Positions 19,501 through 26,413 of a stretch of 64,000 bases of DNA are shown here, one piece after another. Below the pieces are notes generated by a model that saw only the letters and a program-made list of their open reading frames with translations, ran no database searches and was not told the origin of the DNA. Source of the DNA: Flavobacteriales bacterium (lineage in GTDB: Bacteria > Bacteroidota > Bacteroidia > Flavobacteriales_C > GCA-002722245); assembly GCA_947444925.1 (NCBI GenBank), contig CANFBW010000007.1, forward strand, positions 8,774 through 72,773, read 5' to 3'. The stretch's first letter is position 1, and the number at the start of each line of letters is the position of its first letter. Made by a program: the position numbers and the translations under genes.

Positions 19501-19739
19501 TACTGACAAAAAGAAATATCGCGCGGCGTTTCAGGAGCGTCGAGTCCAACCCTCGACTTAAACCATTGTCGGTTGGCGTCAATCAAACTTACCAATGTTA
19601 TAGGAACGCCGCAAATCAAAGAAGCCAACTCGGTAAGTCGATCAAATTCAACCTCCATCTCAGAGTCCATAATATGATACGAATCCAAGGCTTTGAGGCG
19701 CTGCACTTCGTTTTCAGGCATTGGCAATTTGGCTTTCAT
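16533..19739 (-). CDS. Hybrid sensor histidine kinase with GAF, multiple PAS/PAC, HisKA, HATPase and C-terminal REC domains.
   Basis: 1068 aa. The N-terminal GAF-like segment is VPITLVSLIDANRQWFKSRVGL. PAS/PAC repeats follow. The H-box is ANMSHEIRTPLNGVIGFSDLL. The G-box is GTGLGLSISNKLLALMNS. The REC domain is ILLVDDYEVN...IFMDVQMPVMNGYEATKAIR. Confidence 0.85.
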   Translation of the reverse strand: MKAKLPMPENEVQRLKALDSYHIMDSEMEVEFDRLTELASLICGVPITLVSLIDANRQWFKSRVGLDAPETPRDISFCQYAITVAELFEVEDALNDDRFKNNPLVQGDPNIRFYAGQPLIDPEGYALGTLCVIDRVPRKLDAAQRRALEILAIEVTAQIVARKHTQEARKMEELFELSIDMICIAGTDGFFKKINGAFAVNLGWKKEDLLGKPFADFIHPDDVESTFQEVKKLSEGFKTINFINRYRTSSGDYKTLQWFTNPDVKTGELFAIARDVSDRVEMEHIMQQNQDRLNEAQRMSQVGSWEYNLLTSEQWWSSEHYRIFEIDEPQTQEVLHQKYRARIHPDDLMELDRVIQNTLQTGEGFTYPHRVLLPDGRIKHVLGIGKPVRNSKGELTSVVGTVQDVSKQRQAELEILATKNLLEETSQVARVGGWEYDLITDKLTWSNITKKILEVSYDFEPNLSSAINFYKDGKSRDAITQKIQEAIECGTPFDVDLQLETAKGNTIWVKTIGKVQAQGSKWVRVYGTFQDISEQVQNQETIRLYDERWKFALEGSGDGIWDWDIHKNTVFTSEQWKIMLGYKGAEVGNDATVEWVDRLHPEDKERTFYELNRCLKGEIPFFSVEYRFRCKDGSYKWILDRGKVIGCDENGKALRVVGTHADISEQKRIEAEILKAKEIAVNASKSKSEFLANMSHEIRTPLNGVIGFSDLLMKSQLDSTQQIYMSNVYRSATALLDIINDILDFSKIEAGLLELSIDKTHLGDLASESTQIISYQTQSKKLALKTTLAPDVNCLAMSDTLRLRQILINLLGNAVKFTEAGEIELKIESLSTDAKSSLYRFSVRDTGIGIDPKSQQKIFEAFAQEDSSTTRKYGGTGLGLSISNKLLALMNSRLQLTSKPGFGSTFFFELELKNYTEKTKGIEVKDEGKVNITVDAHPFQNAEEIHILLVDDYEVNVFLAKTILKKIHPKARITTALNGEEAVAAFSREVAKIIFMDVQMPVMNGYEATKAIRAMAQGKDVPIVALTAGTVKGEIEQCFEVGMSDYVSKPYVKDTIEKVMTKWLATTR

Positions 19740-19994
19740 AGCTACATTAATCGATTTAAACTGAGTGCGAGCATATTCAATCTTTTGTATTCGAGAACTC
19801 GATGAAAGGTTATATTTGGCGCACGAATTTAAAACACAAATAAACAGGGCTTGACAAACAAGCCCATCCCTTTAACTACCTTTTGTCGACATAGGTTACC
19901 CTTTGTCGGAAAAAATTAACACTTGAGAGATTACAACACGAGAAAATCCTTAGTGCTCTTGATATAGCACTATAATCATCTTAATTACACCCCT

Positions 19995-20042
19995 ATGAAA
20001 ATACTACTCCTTGAAGACGACAAAGCACACCCCACTTGCTGA
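19995..20042 (+). pseudogene. 15-codon remnant of a response-regulator N-terminus.
   Basis: ATG AAA ATA CTA CTC CTT GAA GAC GAC AAA translates to MKILLLEDDK, the receiver beta1 acidic-pair start. It terminates after 15 codons and lies inside a 560 bp intergenic region. Confidence 0.25.
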
Positions 20043-20298
20043 AAAATTTTTTAGACAAAAAAGACCTGGTGATTAAGCCAAAAGAAGGGTGCTTATTTCG
20101 TTGCAGTCATGCAAAGTCAAAATGATGGGCATTCCAAAAGAATACAATCAAAAATTTTTACAAAAAAATGCGCGATTTGAACATAGCGAATGAAAAGATT
20201 CAACATTGTGTGCAAATGCGTCTCAGCTAAAAAGTAACCTTATGCGCAACAGCTCGTAACACATTTTTAAAAAAAACACTTAGCCCAAAGCCACTTGT

Positions 20299-20646
20299 AT
20301 GGAACAGCCAGATAAACAAAAAATATACAACAACATTGTCACCTTCTGCAGCGGAGACGAAGAATCGGCAAAAGAACTGCTGGTACTCATTCAAAGCTCA
20401 GTGCAGGAGGCTGCGCAAGCCTTTGCTCAAATGCAACTTGAGAGACATCCCAACGAAATCGCACAACTGGTGCACCGTATGCGCTTTTCTTTCTCGCTCA
20501 TTGGTTCGCAAGAATTACAAGACCAATCGTTGGCTATTGAAGAAAGTATTGTTGCCAAAAACATGGACGCTGCGTTAACAAGCACTTACCATGTTTTTCT
20601 ACAAAATTTTGAGAATTTGCACCGCGTACTAAAAAATGAGCCATGA
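20299..20646 (+). CDS. Stand-alone histidine phosphotransfer (Hpt) domain protein.
   Basis: 115 aa and helical. It has a candidate phospho-His motif in IAQLVHRMRFSFSLIGSQEL (HxxK/R...G). It sits between the hybrid kinase and a receiver gene. Confidence 0.55.
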   Translation: MEQPDKQKIYNNIVTFCSGDEESAKELLVLIQSSVQEAAQAFAQMQLERHPNEIAQLVHRMRFSFSLIGSQELQDQSLAIEESIVAKNMDAALTSTYHVFLQNFENLHRVLKNEP

Positions 20647-21136
20647 ATAAAGATGGGAAAATGTTGGTCTTTGTTGTCGATGACGACGTATTCTATCTCA
20701 AAACGGTGGTGATGGGTCTCGACAAGCACTATCACACTTCTGTGGTTTTCAAATACTTTTTCAATCCGAACGACCTACTCGCCGAGTTGAAAAAGATTGA
20801 ACAAATGCCCGACCAAATTTGCTCGATTACATTTTGGATTACAACATCTCGGGCATAGACCTATTGAAAGAAGTAAAATCAATTAACAGCGCACTGGATG
20901 TCGTGATGGTGAGTTCGCAACAAAATCTGCAAACTGTCTTTTCAACATTAAAAAACGGTGCGCGTTCGTACATTCAAAAAGGCGACAAGGTGTTGGTGGA
21001 AATAAAAAAAACCATCGACGACAAACTCATCAGCATCAAGCAAGAAGCTCAAAACAAAATTATTAAAAAGTGGATCACTGGAACCTTCGTCGTAGTTGCA
21101 GCAGCAGTTGTGTTAATGCTTTTGATCAAAAAATAA
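20643..21136 (+). pseudogene. Membrane-anchored receiver-domain protein split by a -1 frameshift, so either a pseudogene or a sequencing error.
   Basis: Frame A reads MLVFVVDDD...KKIEQMPDQI and frame B reads LLDYILDYNISGIDLLKEV...VVMVSS...YIQKGD. Together they make one canonical REC domain followed by a C-terminal TM helix (ITGTFVVVAAAVVLMLLIKK). Restoring one T in the T-run at ~20818-20820 gives the in-frame MPDQILLDYILDYNISGID. Confidence 0.55.
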
Positions 21137-21334
21137 ATTACCGCACGTTGCGTCACGCAACGCAAGAAGCACATTTGGCTCTGCTCAATTTTATTTACAT
21201 TCACTGTAGCTTTAGCAGTGAAAAAAAATTGTTTGTCGTCATATTTGCGCTAAATGAAAAACCTTTCAAAGCAATTGCGAAATTTCAAAACCTTTCTCGA
21301 CAGAGGCAGTAAAACGTGATTAAACAATTCCACT

Positions 21335-22894
21335 ATGAGCGCCAGAGCAATCTTCATTTATTCAGCAGTCAGCATTGTCATCCTTGTTGCCATTCTCGGC
21401 TCTTTCTGGCCCGACGCATGGTACAGCATGATCGTTTTCGCACCATTGATCTTAGTAGGCGTAAGAGACATGCTACAAAAAAAACATACGATCAAACGCA
21501 ATTTTCCGCTCATCGGAAATTTCCGCTATATGCTCGAAGCCATTCGTCCCGAATTGATGCAGTACTTTGTAGAAACCGATACCGAAGGCAAACCCTTCAA
21601 CCGTTTGCACCGCAGCATGGTTTACCGTCGGGCAAAAAAAGTAAACGACTCTACCCCTTTCGGCACACAAATGAATGTGTACGCCGCTGGCTACGAATGG
21701 ATGGACCACTCCATTTACGCCAAGCCTTCTAAGTACTACCAAAAACAACCGCGTGTTTTGGTGGGCGGCCCTGATTGCACGCAACCCTATTTCGCAAGCT
21801 TACTCAATGTTTCAGCAATGAGCTATGGCGCTTTGAGTAACGCTGCTGTTACCGCACTCAATCTCGGCGCTAAAAAAAATAAATTTGCGCACAACACTGG
21901 CGAAGGTGGATTGAGTGAATACCACTTGCAAGGCGGCGATGTGATTTGGCAAATTGGTACCGGCTACTTTGGCGCACGCGATTTAGAAGGCAATTTCAGC
22001 GACAGTGAATTTCAAAAAAGAGCCACTTTGCCTCAAGTGAAAATGATAGAAATTAAAATTTCACAAGGTGCAAAACCAGGGCACGGCGGTCTCCTGCCAG
22101 CCGCAAAGAACACACCTGAAATTGCCAAAATAAGAGGCGTTGAGCCTTTCAAAGACGTGCACTCTCCCTCTTCGCACAGCGCCTTTAGCAACCCCAACGA
22201 ACTACTGCTCTTTGTGCAAAAACTGCGCACGTTGTCGGGCGGAAAACCTGTGGGTTTTAAATTGTGCGTGGGCAAGAAAAAAGAATTCACCGACATTTGT
22301 CAAGCCATGTTAGAAACAGGCATCAAGCCCGACTTCATTACCGTTGATGGCGGCGAAGGCGGCACCGGCGCTGCACCCATGGAATTTTCAAATTCAATTG
22401 GAATGCCCATGCGCGATGCACTTGCTTTTGTATCAAACATATTGGTGGGTCTCGATCTTAAGAAAGACATTAAACTGATCGCCTCCGGAAAAGTCATCAC
22501 CGGTTTCGACATCGCCAGAGCCATCGCCATTGGCGCCGATATGGTCAACTGCGCACGCGGCATGATGATGGCCCTCGGCTGTATTCAGGCTTTGCAGTGC
22601 AACACCAATACTTGTCCTGTGGGCGTTGCTACGCAAGACAAGCGCCTGATTAAGGGTCTTGACGTTGGTGATAAATCTGAACGCGTTGCCAATTTTCACG
22701 AAGCTACACTCAAAAGTTTTGTTGAACTTACCACTGCTACAGGCATTGAAAATCCTGAAAATTTGCGCCGTGAGCACATCAACCGCCGTATCAGTCAAGC
22801 CTCAGTGATGAAGTACAGCGAAATCTTCCCTTACATTGAACGCGGAAGTTTGTTGAACAAAGAAAATTTAGAGGCCTACCTCAAGCGCATGTAA
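21335..22894 (+). CDS. FMN-binding glutamate-synthase-family protein (GltB domain-2 like).
   Basis: 519 aa. There is an N-terminal TM segment, then a TIM-barrel region with GGEGGTGAAPMEF and C-x-x-x-C-like motifs typical of the ~500 aa stand-alone glutamate-synthase-domain-2 family. Confidence 0.7.
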   Translation: MSARAIFIYSAVSIVILVAILGSFWPDAWYSMIVFAPLILVGVRDMLQKKHTIKRNFPLIGNFRYMLEAIRPELMQYFVETDTEGKPFNRLHRSMVYRRAKKVNDSTPFGTQMNVYAAGYEWMDHSIYAKPSKYYQKQPRVLVGGPDCTQPYFASLLNVSAMSYGALSNAAVTALNLGAKKNKFAHNTGEGGLSEYHLQGGDVIWQIGTGYFGARDLEGNFSDSEFQKRATLPQVKMIEIKISQGAKPGHGGLLPAAKNTPEIAKIRGVEPFKDVHSPSSHSAFSNPNELLLFVQKLRTLSGGKPVGFKLCVGKKKEFTDICQAMLETGIKPDFITVDGGEGGTGAAPMEFSNSIGMPMRDALAFVSNILVGLDLKKDIKLIASGKVITGFDIARAIAIGADMVNCARGMMMALGCIQALQCNTNTCPVGVATQDKRLIKGLDVGDKSERVANFHEATLKSFVELTTATGIENPENLRREHINRRISQASVMKYSEIFPYIERGSLLNKENLEAYLKRM

Positions 22895-22928
22895 AACAAA
22901 AAAGCCCTTGTATAAAGGCTTAACAAAT

Positions 22929-22962
22929 AAAAAAGCCCCAACCTTTCGGTTGGGGCTTTTTT
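22929..22962. terminator. Bidirectional rho-independent terminator between convergent genes.
   Basis: AAAAAA-GCCCCAACC-TTTC-GGTTGGGGC-TTTTTT. It has a perfect 9 bp GC-rich stem and a 4 nt loop, with an A-run and a T-run on the flanks. Confidence 0.8.
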
Positions 22963-22981
22963 AGAAAGGTAATTTAAAGAA

Positions 22982-25900
22982 CTATTTATTAATTACAACT
23001 TCTCTGGTTGTAACAAATTCGTCGTTTTTGATTGTTACAGTATATACTCCGTTAGCAAGATTTTCGATGTTCATTTCTTGTTTCTCGTTTGCATAAACTG
23101 TGTTTGATACAACCACTCTACCAAATATATCCATCAACTCAACAGTAGCTTTTTCAGATACTACAATGTTCAACACATTGCTTGTTGCAGGATTTGGATA
23201 AACATTGATGATTTGATTGTTTGCTTGTTCTACAACAGCCAGGCCAGCAGTAGTGAAAGCTACAGTAGTAGAATCACCATTTACAAAAGCTAAAACAGAT
23301 TGCAAATCAGATGCATTTACTTGGTGTCCAGCGTTTACAGCAAAACGCACAGTAACCACTGATTGGTTAACGTTGTATTTTTGCATGCTGTTAGAAGTAA
23401 ATCTCAAAGTTTGGTCATCAGAATTTACGTATGACATTGCTTCAGAATTTGCAGTATGATTTACAATTGAACTGAAAGTAAGGTTTTCATTGTATTGCAT
23501 AGAGAAGTCTAAAGCATTCACTGATTTAGAAGTTGAAACAGTTACAGGAACATCCAAATATCCGTCAACAACCGCCGCTTTTGAAATATCAAAAACTACT
23601 CTGTCATTGTTGTCTTGTTTGAAAGCATTGTTTGGTGTTGTAGTAGCATAACTACCGTTAACATCACCAATCATGATACCTCTGTAAGTTTCACTAGCGA
23701 TCACAGGACAGTTAGCAAAATCCAACACCGGAATAGGCAAACAGAATGGAACAACTGGAACTCTTGATTTTGAGAAACCTGTTGAATCACTTGCAGGGTA
23801 AGTAGATGAAATTTTGTAAGACAAGTCTGTCGCTACTTTTGTTGAATCAACAAACAACCAGTCTCTAGACGGTTTTCCGTTTGATACACCAGCATTTGTG
23901 TAGTTCCAAGCCTGTTTAAATTCAGGGATCCTCAATACTGTTCTATGGTTGATTTGTGAAACGTCACCAGCAGATACCAATCCATCTCCATTTACGTCCA
24001 TTGCAACAATTTGGTAAATAGAAGGAATGAAAGAAGCATCCTTCACTAACACTTTTCTAGCAAGCAAAGCATCAGCACCGTTCACAACAGGCATAACATC
24101 AGTTGTACCGATTACATCTTTTTCAATGTTCAAATCCAAACCGTTGCTCAAGCTATAAGTGAATAAGCCATTAAGGTCAGGTTGAACAGCCGTTACAGAT
24201 TTAGCGTTGCATGAAGCATTGTTTCCATAAATGTTGGTAATCAAATGCTCATTCGGGTTTGCAACATTGTAGTTGATAACACTGTTGTTAGACCAAAATT
24301 TCAAAGCACCGTGAAAAGCATCATCTTTGTAAGTAATGTATTTACCAGCTTGAACCCTTTTAGTGCTCACGCCAACAAAATAACTTTCTTCTAAGCTAGA
24401 TACAGAAACTATTGCTGTATCCACTGATTGAAAGTTAGCTGTTTTTGTAAATCCAATGCAAAACAATTCGCCTGTTCCGCTGAAAGTAGCGTTTGCTGGA
24501 GCCGTACCATTGAAGTATGCAGAAATATAGATCACACCATTTGCAGCGTCAATGTTGTTTACAACTTCAACATAGCTAGATGAAATCAAAGCATTACCTA
24601 CTGTTACCGTACCAGTTGGAGTGATTTTTGTTTTGTCATAGTTTACTGTTAAGTCATAACCAATTACATCAGCAACTGGATCAACAGCAACTACAGGCAA
24701 ACAAAAAGCAGCAGGAATACAAGTAGCAGTAGTAGTAACCACTTTGTAAGGAAGCGCATTTGGATCTGGAATTGAAAGAACTACAGCAGCAGAAGTTGTA
24801 ACTGCACTTTTGTTGTCAGTCGCTTTTGCAGTAAAACTTGCAGTACCGATAGTACTAATCCAAGTAGTAGTGAAAGGAGCAGAAGCAACAGAACCAATTG
24901 AAGTTCCATTCACAAAAAACTCAACAGAAGTAACTGAACCATCAGCATCAGCTGCAGCAGCTGTAAGCGTCACCACTGCAGGAGCTGTAAAAAATGCGCT
25001 GCTCAATGGTGAAGTAAGGCTCACTGTTGGAGGAAGATTAATGCTCACAGCAATTGATTTACCAGCAGAAGTTGTAAATGCAGCTCTGTTGTCAGTCGCT
25101 TTAGCAGTAAAAGAATGTGTGCCGGCAGTTGCTGTCCAGTTCATTGTGAATGCAGCTGGAGCAGTAACAGTGCCAATAGATGAACCATCTACAAAAAACT
25201 GCACACTAGCAACAGTACCATCAACATCGGCAGCAGTTGCAGTGATCACAACAACATCACCAACAACAGCTGTAGCTGCAGCATTAACGCTCACTGAAGG
25301 AGCTTGATTGTTTGCAACATTAATCGTTACAGAAGAAGAATTTGCAAATGCAGCTTGATCGTCGGTAGCCTTAGCCGTCAATACATGAGATCCAGCAACA
25401 GACGTGTAGTTTGCAGTGTAAGGAGCATCATCGTCAAAACCCACAGAAAAACCGTCAACAAAGAACTCAACTAAAGCCACAGTTCCATCAACGTCGGCAG
25501 CAGTTGCAGTGATGGCAACAACGTCACCAGTCACAACATTTGCACCATTCAATGGAGCAATAATGCTCACAGTAGGATTAAGATTCGGAGCCAATTTCAA
25601 ACTTGGAATAGAAATCTCAGCACCAGTTGGATTGCTCACAACATAATTTTGAGCACCTCCTGTTGGCGTACCGATTTGGATGTTCAGTTTAAAACCAAAA
25701 ACACCATCTGTAGTAAACTGACCAATCAATACTCTGTTGGTATCAGCATTGGCGCCCATAGAACCACTCAATGAAGACCATGCTCCATCAGAAGTTGAAA
25801 AAGAACCACTAAATTGGCTTTCAACATCAAATACGCCTCCTGTTGGATCAAAACCAAGAAAAGTTACCGCAGCAGGAGTTCCTGCAACACTACCGTCTTG

Positions 25901-26380
25901 AACTTTAATTTGAATACCAGTCGTAGCATCACCACCAGCAAGAACAGTAGCACCTAAAGTACTAAAGATAGATCCATCGGTGTCGTCAGATTTAAGAACC
26001 CCAACTTTTCCGCTGGCAGTTGCGCCAACAGAAAACCATGAATCCAAAGCAACTGTGTTTAATTTAGTGTTGTTAACAGTGATACCATTTGGCGTTGTAG
26101 AACCTCTGTCTTCATTGTTGAAAAAGGTAGTACTCGTTGTAATTTCCAATGGATGTGCAGCAGTACCATAAGCTACTTGAAATTTGTAGCCGGGCAACAT
26201 GTCCGCATACACGCGGTATGTAACAGATCCAATAGGAAGAGTACCAACACTAGCGGCAGTATCAGCGGCAGTAGCAATGTAGTATTTTTCAACCTTGATT
26301 TTCTCCAACCCATTTTGCGCATGGATCAATCCAAACGAGGCGAACAATACGCCCAGGGTTAATTTAAATTTTGTTTTCAT
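22982..26380 (-). CDS. Giant multidomain T9SS cargo protein. It combines the N-terminal domain of the local paralogue family, three tandem Ig-like domains, cohesin-like and dockerin-like segments, and a type-A CTD.
   Basis: 1132 aa with a signal peptide. The N-terminal ~230 aa are ~65% identical to the 34351-35424 product. There are three ~90 aa repeats (..ITATAADVDGTV..FFVDG..TAKATD..). A segment resembles a cohesin. There are Ca-loop-like motifs, AMDVNGDGLVSAGDVSQINHRTV and GDVNGSY. The C-terminus (VYPNPATSNVLNIVV..NGVYTVTIKN...) is a T9SS CTD. Confidence 0.6.
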   Translation of the reverse strand: MKTKFKLTLGVLFASFGLIHAQNGLEKIKVEKYYIATAADTAASVGTLPIGSVTYRVYADMLPGYKFQVAYGTAAHPLEITTSTTFFNNEDRGSTTPNGITVNNTKLNTVALDSWFSVGATASGKVGVLKSDDTDGSIFSTLGATVLAGGDATTGIQIKVQDGSVAGTPAAVTFLGFDPTGGVFDVESQFSGSFSTSDGAWSSLSGSMGANADTNRVLIGQFTTDGVFGFKLNIQIGTPTGGAQNYVVSNPTGAEISIPSLKLAPNLNPTVSIIAPLNGANVVTGDVVAITATAADVDGTVALVEFFVDGFSVGFDDDAPYTANYTSVAGSHVLTAKATDDQAAFANSSSVTINVANNQAPSVSVNAAATAVVGDVVVITATAADVDGTVASVQFFVDGSSIGTVTAPAAFTMNWTATAGTHSFTAKATDNRAAFTTSAGKSIAVSINLPPTVSLTSPLSSAFFTAPAVVTLTAAAADADGSVTSVEFFVNGTSIGSVASAPFTTTWISTIGTASFTAKATDNKSAVTTSAAVVLSIPDPNALPYKVVTTTATCIPAAFCLPVVAVDPVADVIGYDLTVNYDKTKITPTGTVTVGNALISSSYVEVVNNIDAANGVIYISAYFNGTAPANATFSGTGELFCIGFTKTANFQSVDTAIVSVSSLEESYFVGVSTKRVQAGKYITYKDDAFHGALKFWSNNSVINYNVANPNEHLITNIYGNNASCNAKSVTAVQPDLNGLFTYSLSNGLDLNIEKDVIGTTDVMPVVNGADALLARKVLVKDASFIPSIYQIVAMDVNGDGLVSAGDVSQINHRTVLRIPEFKQAWNYTNAGVSNGKPSRDWLFVDSTKVATDLSYKISSTYPASDSTGFSKSRVPVVPFCLPIPVLDFANCPVIASETYRGIMIGDVNGSYATTTPNNAFKQDNNDRVVFDISKAAVVDGYLDVPVTVSTSKSVNALDFSMQYNENLTFSSIVNHTANSEAMSYVNSDDQTLRFTSNSMQKYNVNQSVVTVRFAVNAGHQVNASDLQSVLAFVNGDSTTVAFTTAGLAVVEQANNQIINVYPNPATSNVLNIVVSEKATVELMDIFGRVVVSNTVYANEKQEMNIENLANGVYTVTIKNDEFVTTREVVINK
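24778..25597 (-). repeat. Three coding tandem repeats of ~270-285 bp (Ig-like domains) inside the 22982-26380 gene.
   Basis: The protein-level triplication is visible, and the DNA is periodic. These are coding repeats. They are not CRISPR. Confidence 0.5.
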
Positions 26381-26413
26381 TTTTTAGTTATTAGTATTAT
26401 TTAGGATTGGCAA

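Noticed and set aside
21316-21732. Alternative 138-aa ORF overlapping the start of the glutamate-synthase-family gene.
   Set aside because: It is in a different frame from the well-supported 21335-22894 ORF. Its product is Arg/His-rich with no recognisable domain.
24810-25307. Plus-strand 165-aa ORF, one example of several ORFs over 100 aa nested inside large genes. Others are 9878-10576(-), 43368-43895(-), 54519-54908(+) and 57378-57782(-).
   Set aside because: Each lies antisense or out of frame within a gene whose product has clear family signatures. Their translations are low-complexity or compositionally odd (Ala/Val-rich or Cys/His-rich), which is typical of shadow ORFs.
24778-25597. 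Possible CRISPR-like regular repeats, seen here and at 47748-49463.
   Set aside because: The repeats are in frame inside long ORFs and translate to Ig-like and SBBP domain repeats. The units are 180-285 bp. There is no spacer-repeat structure and no cas genes.
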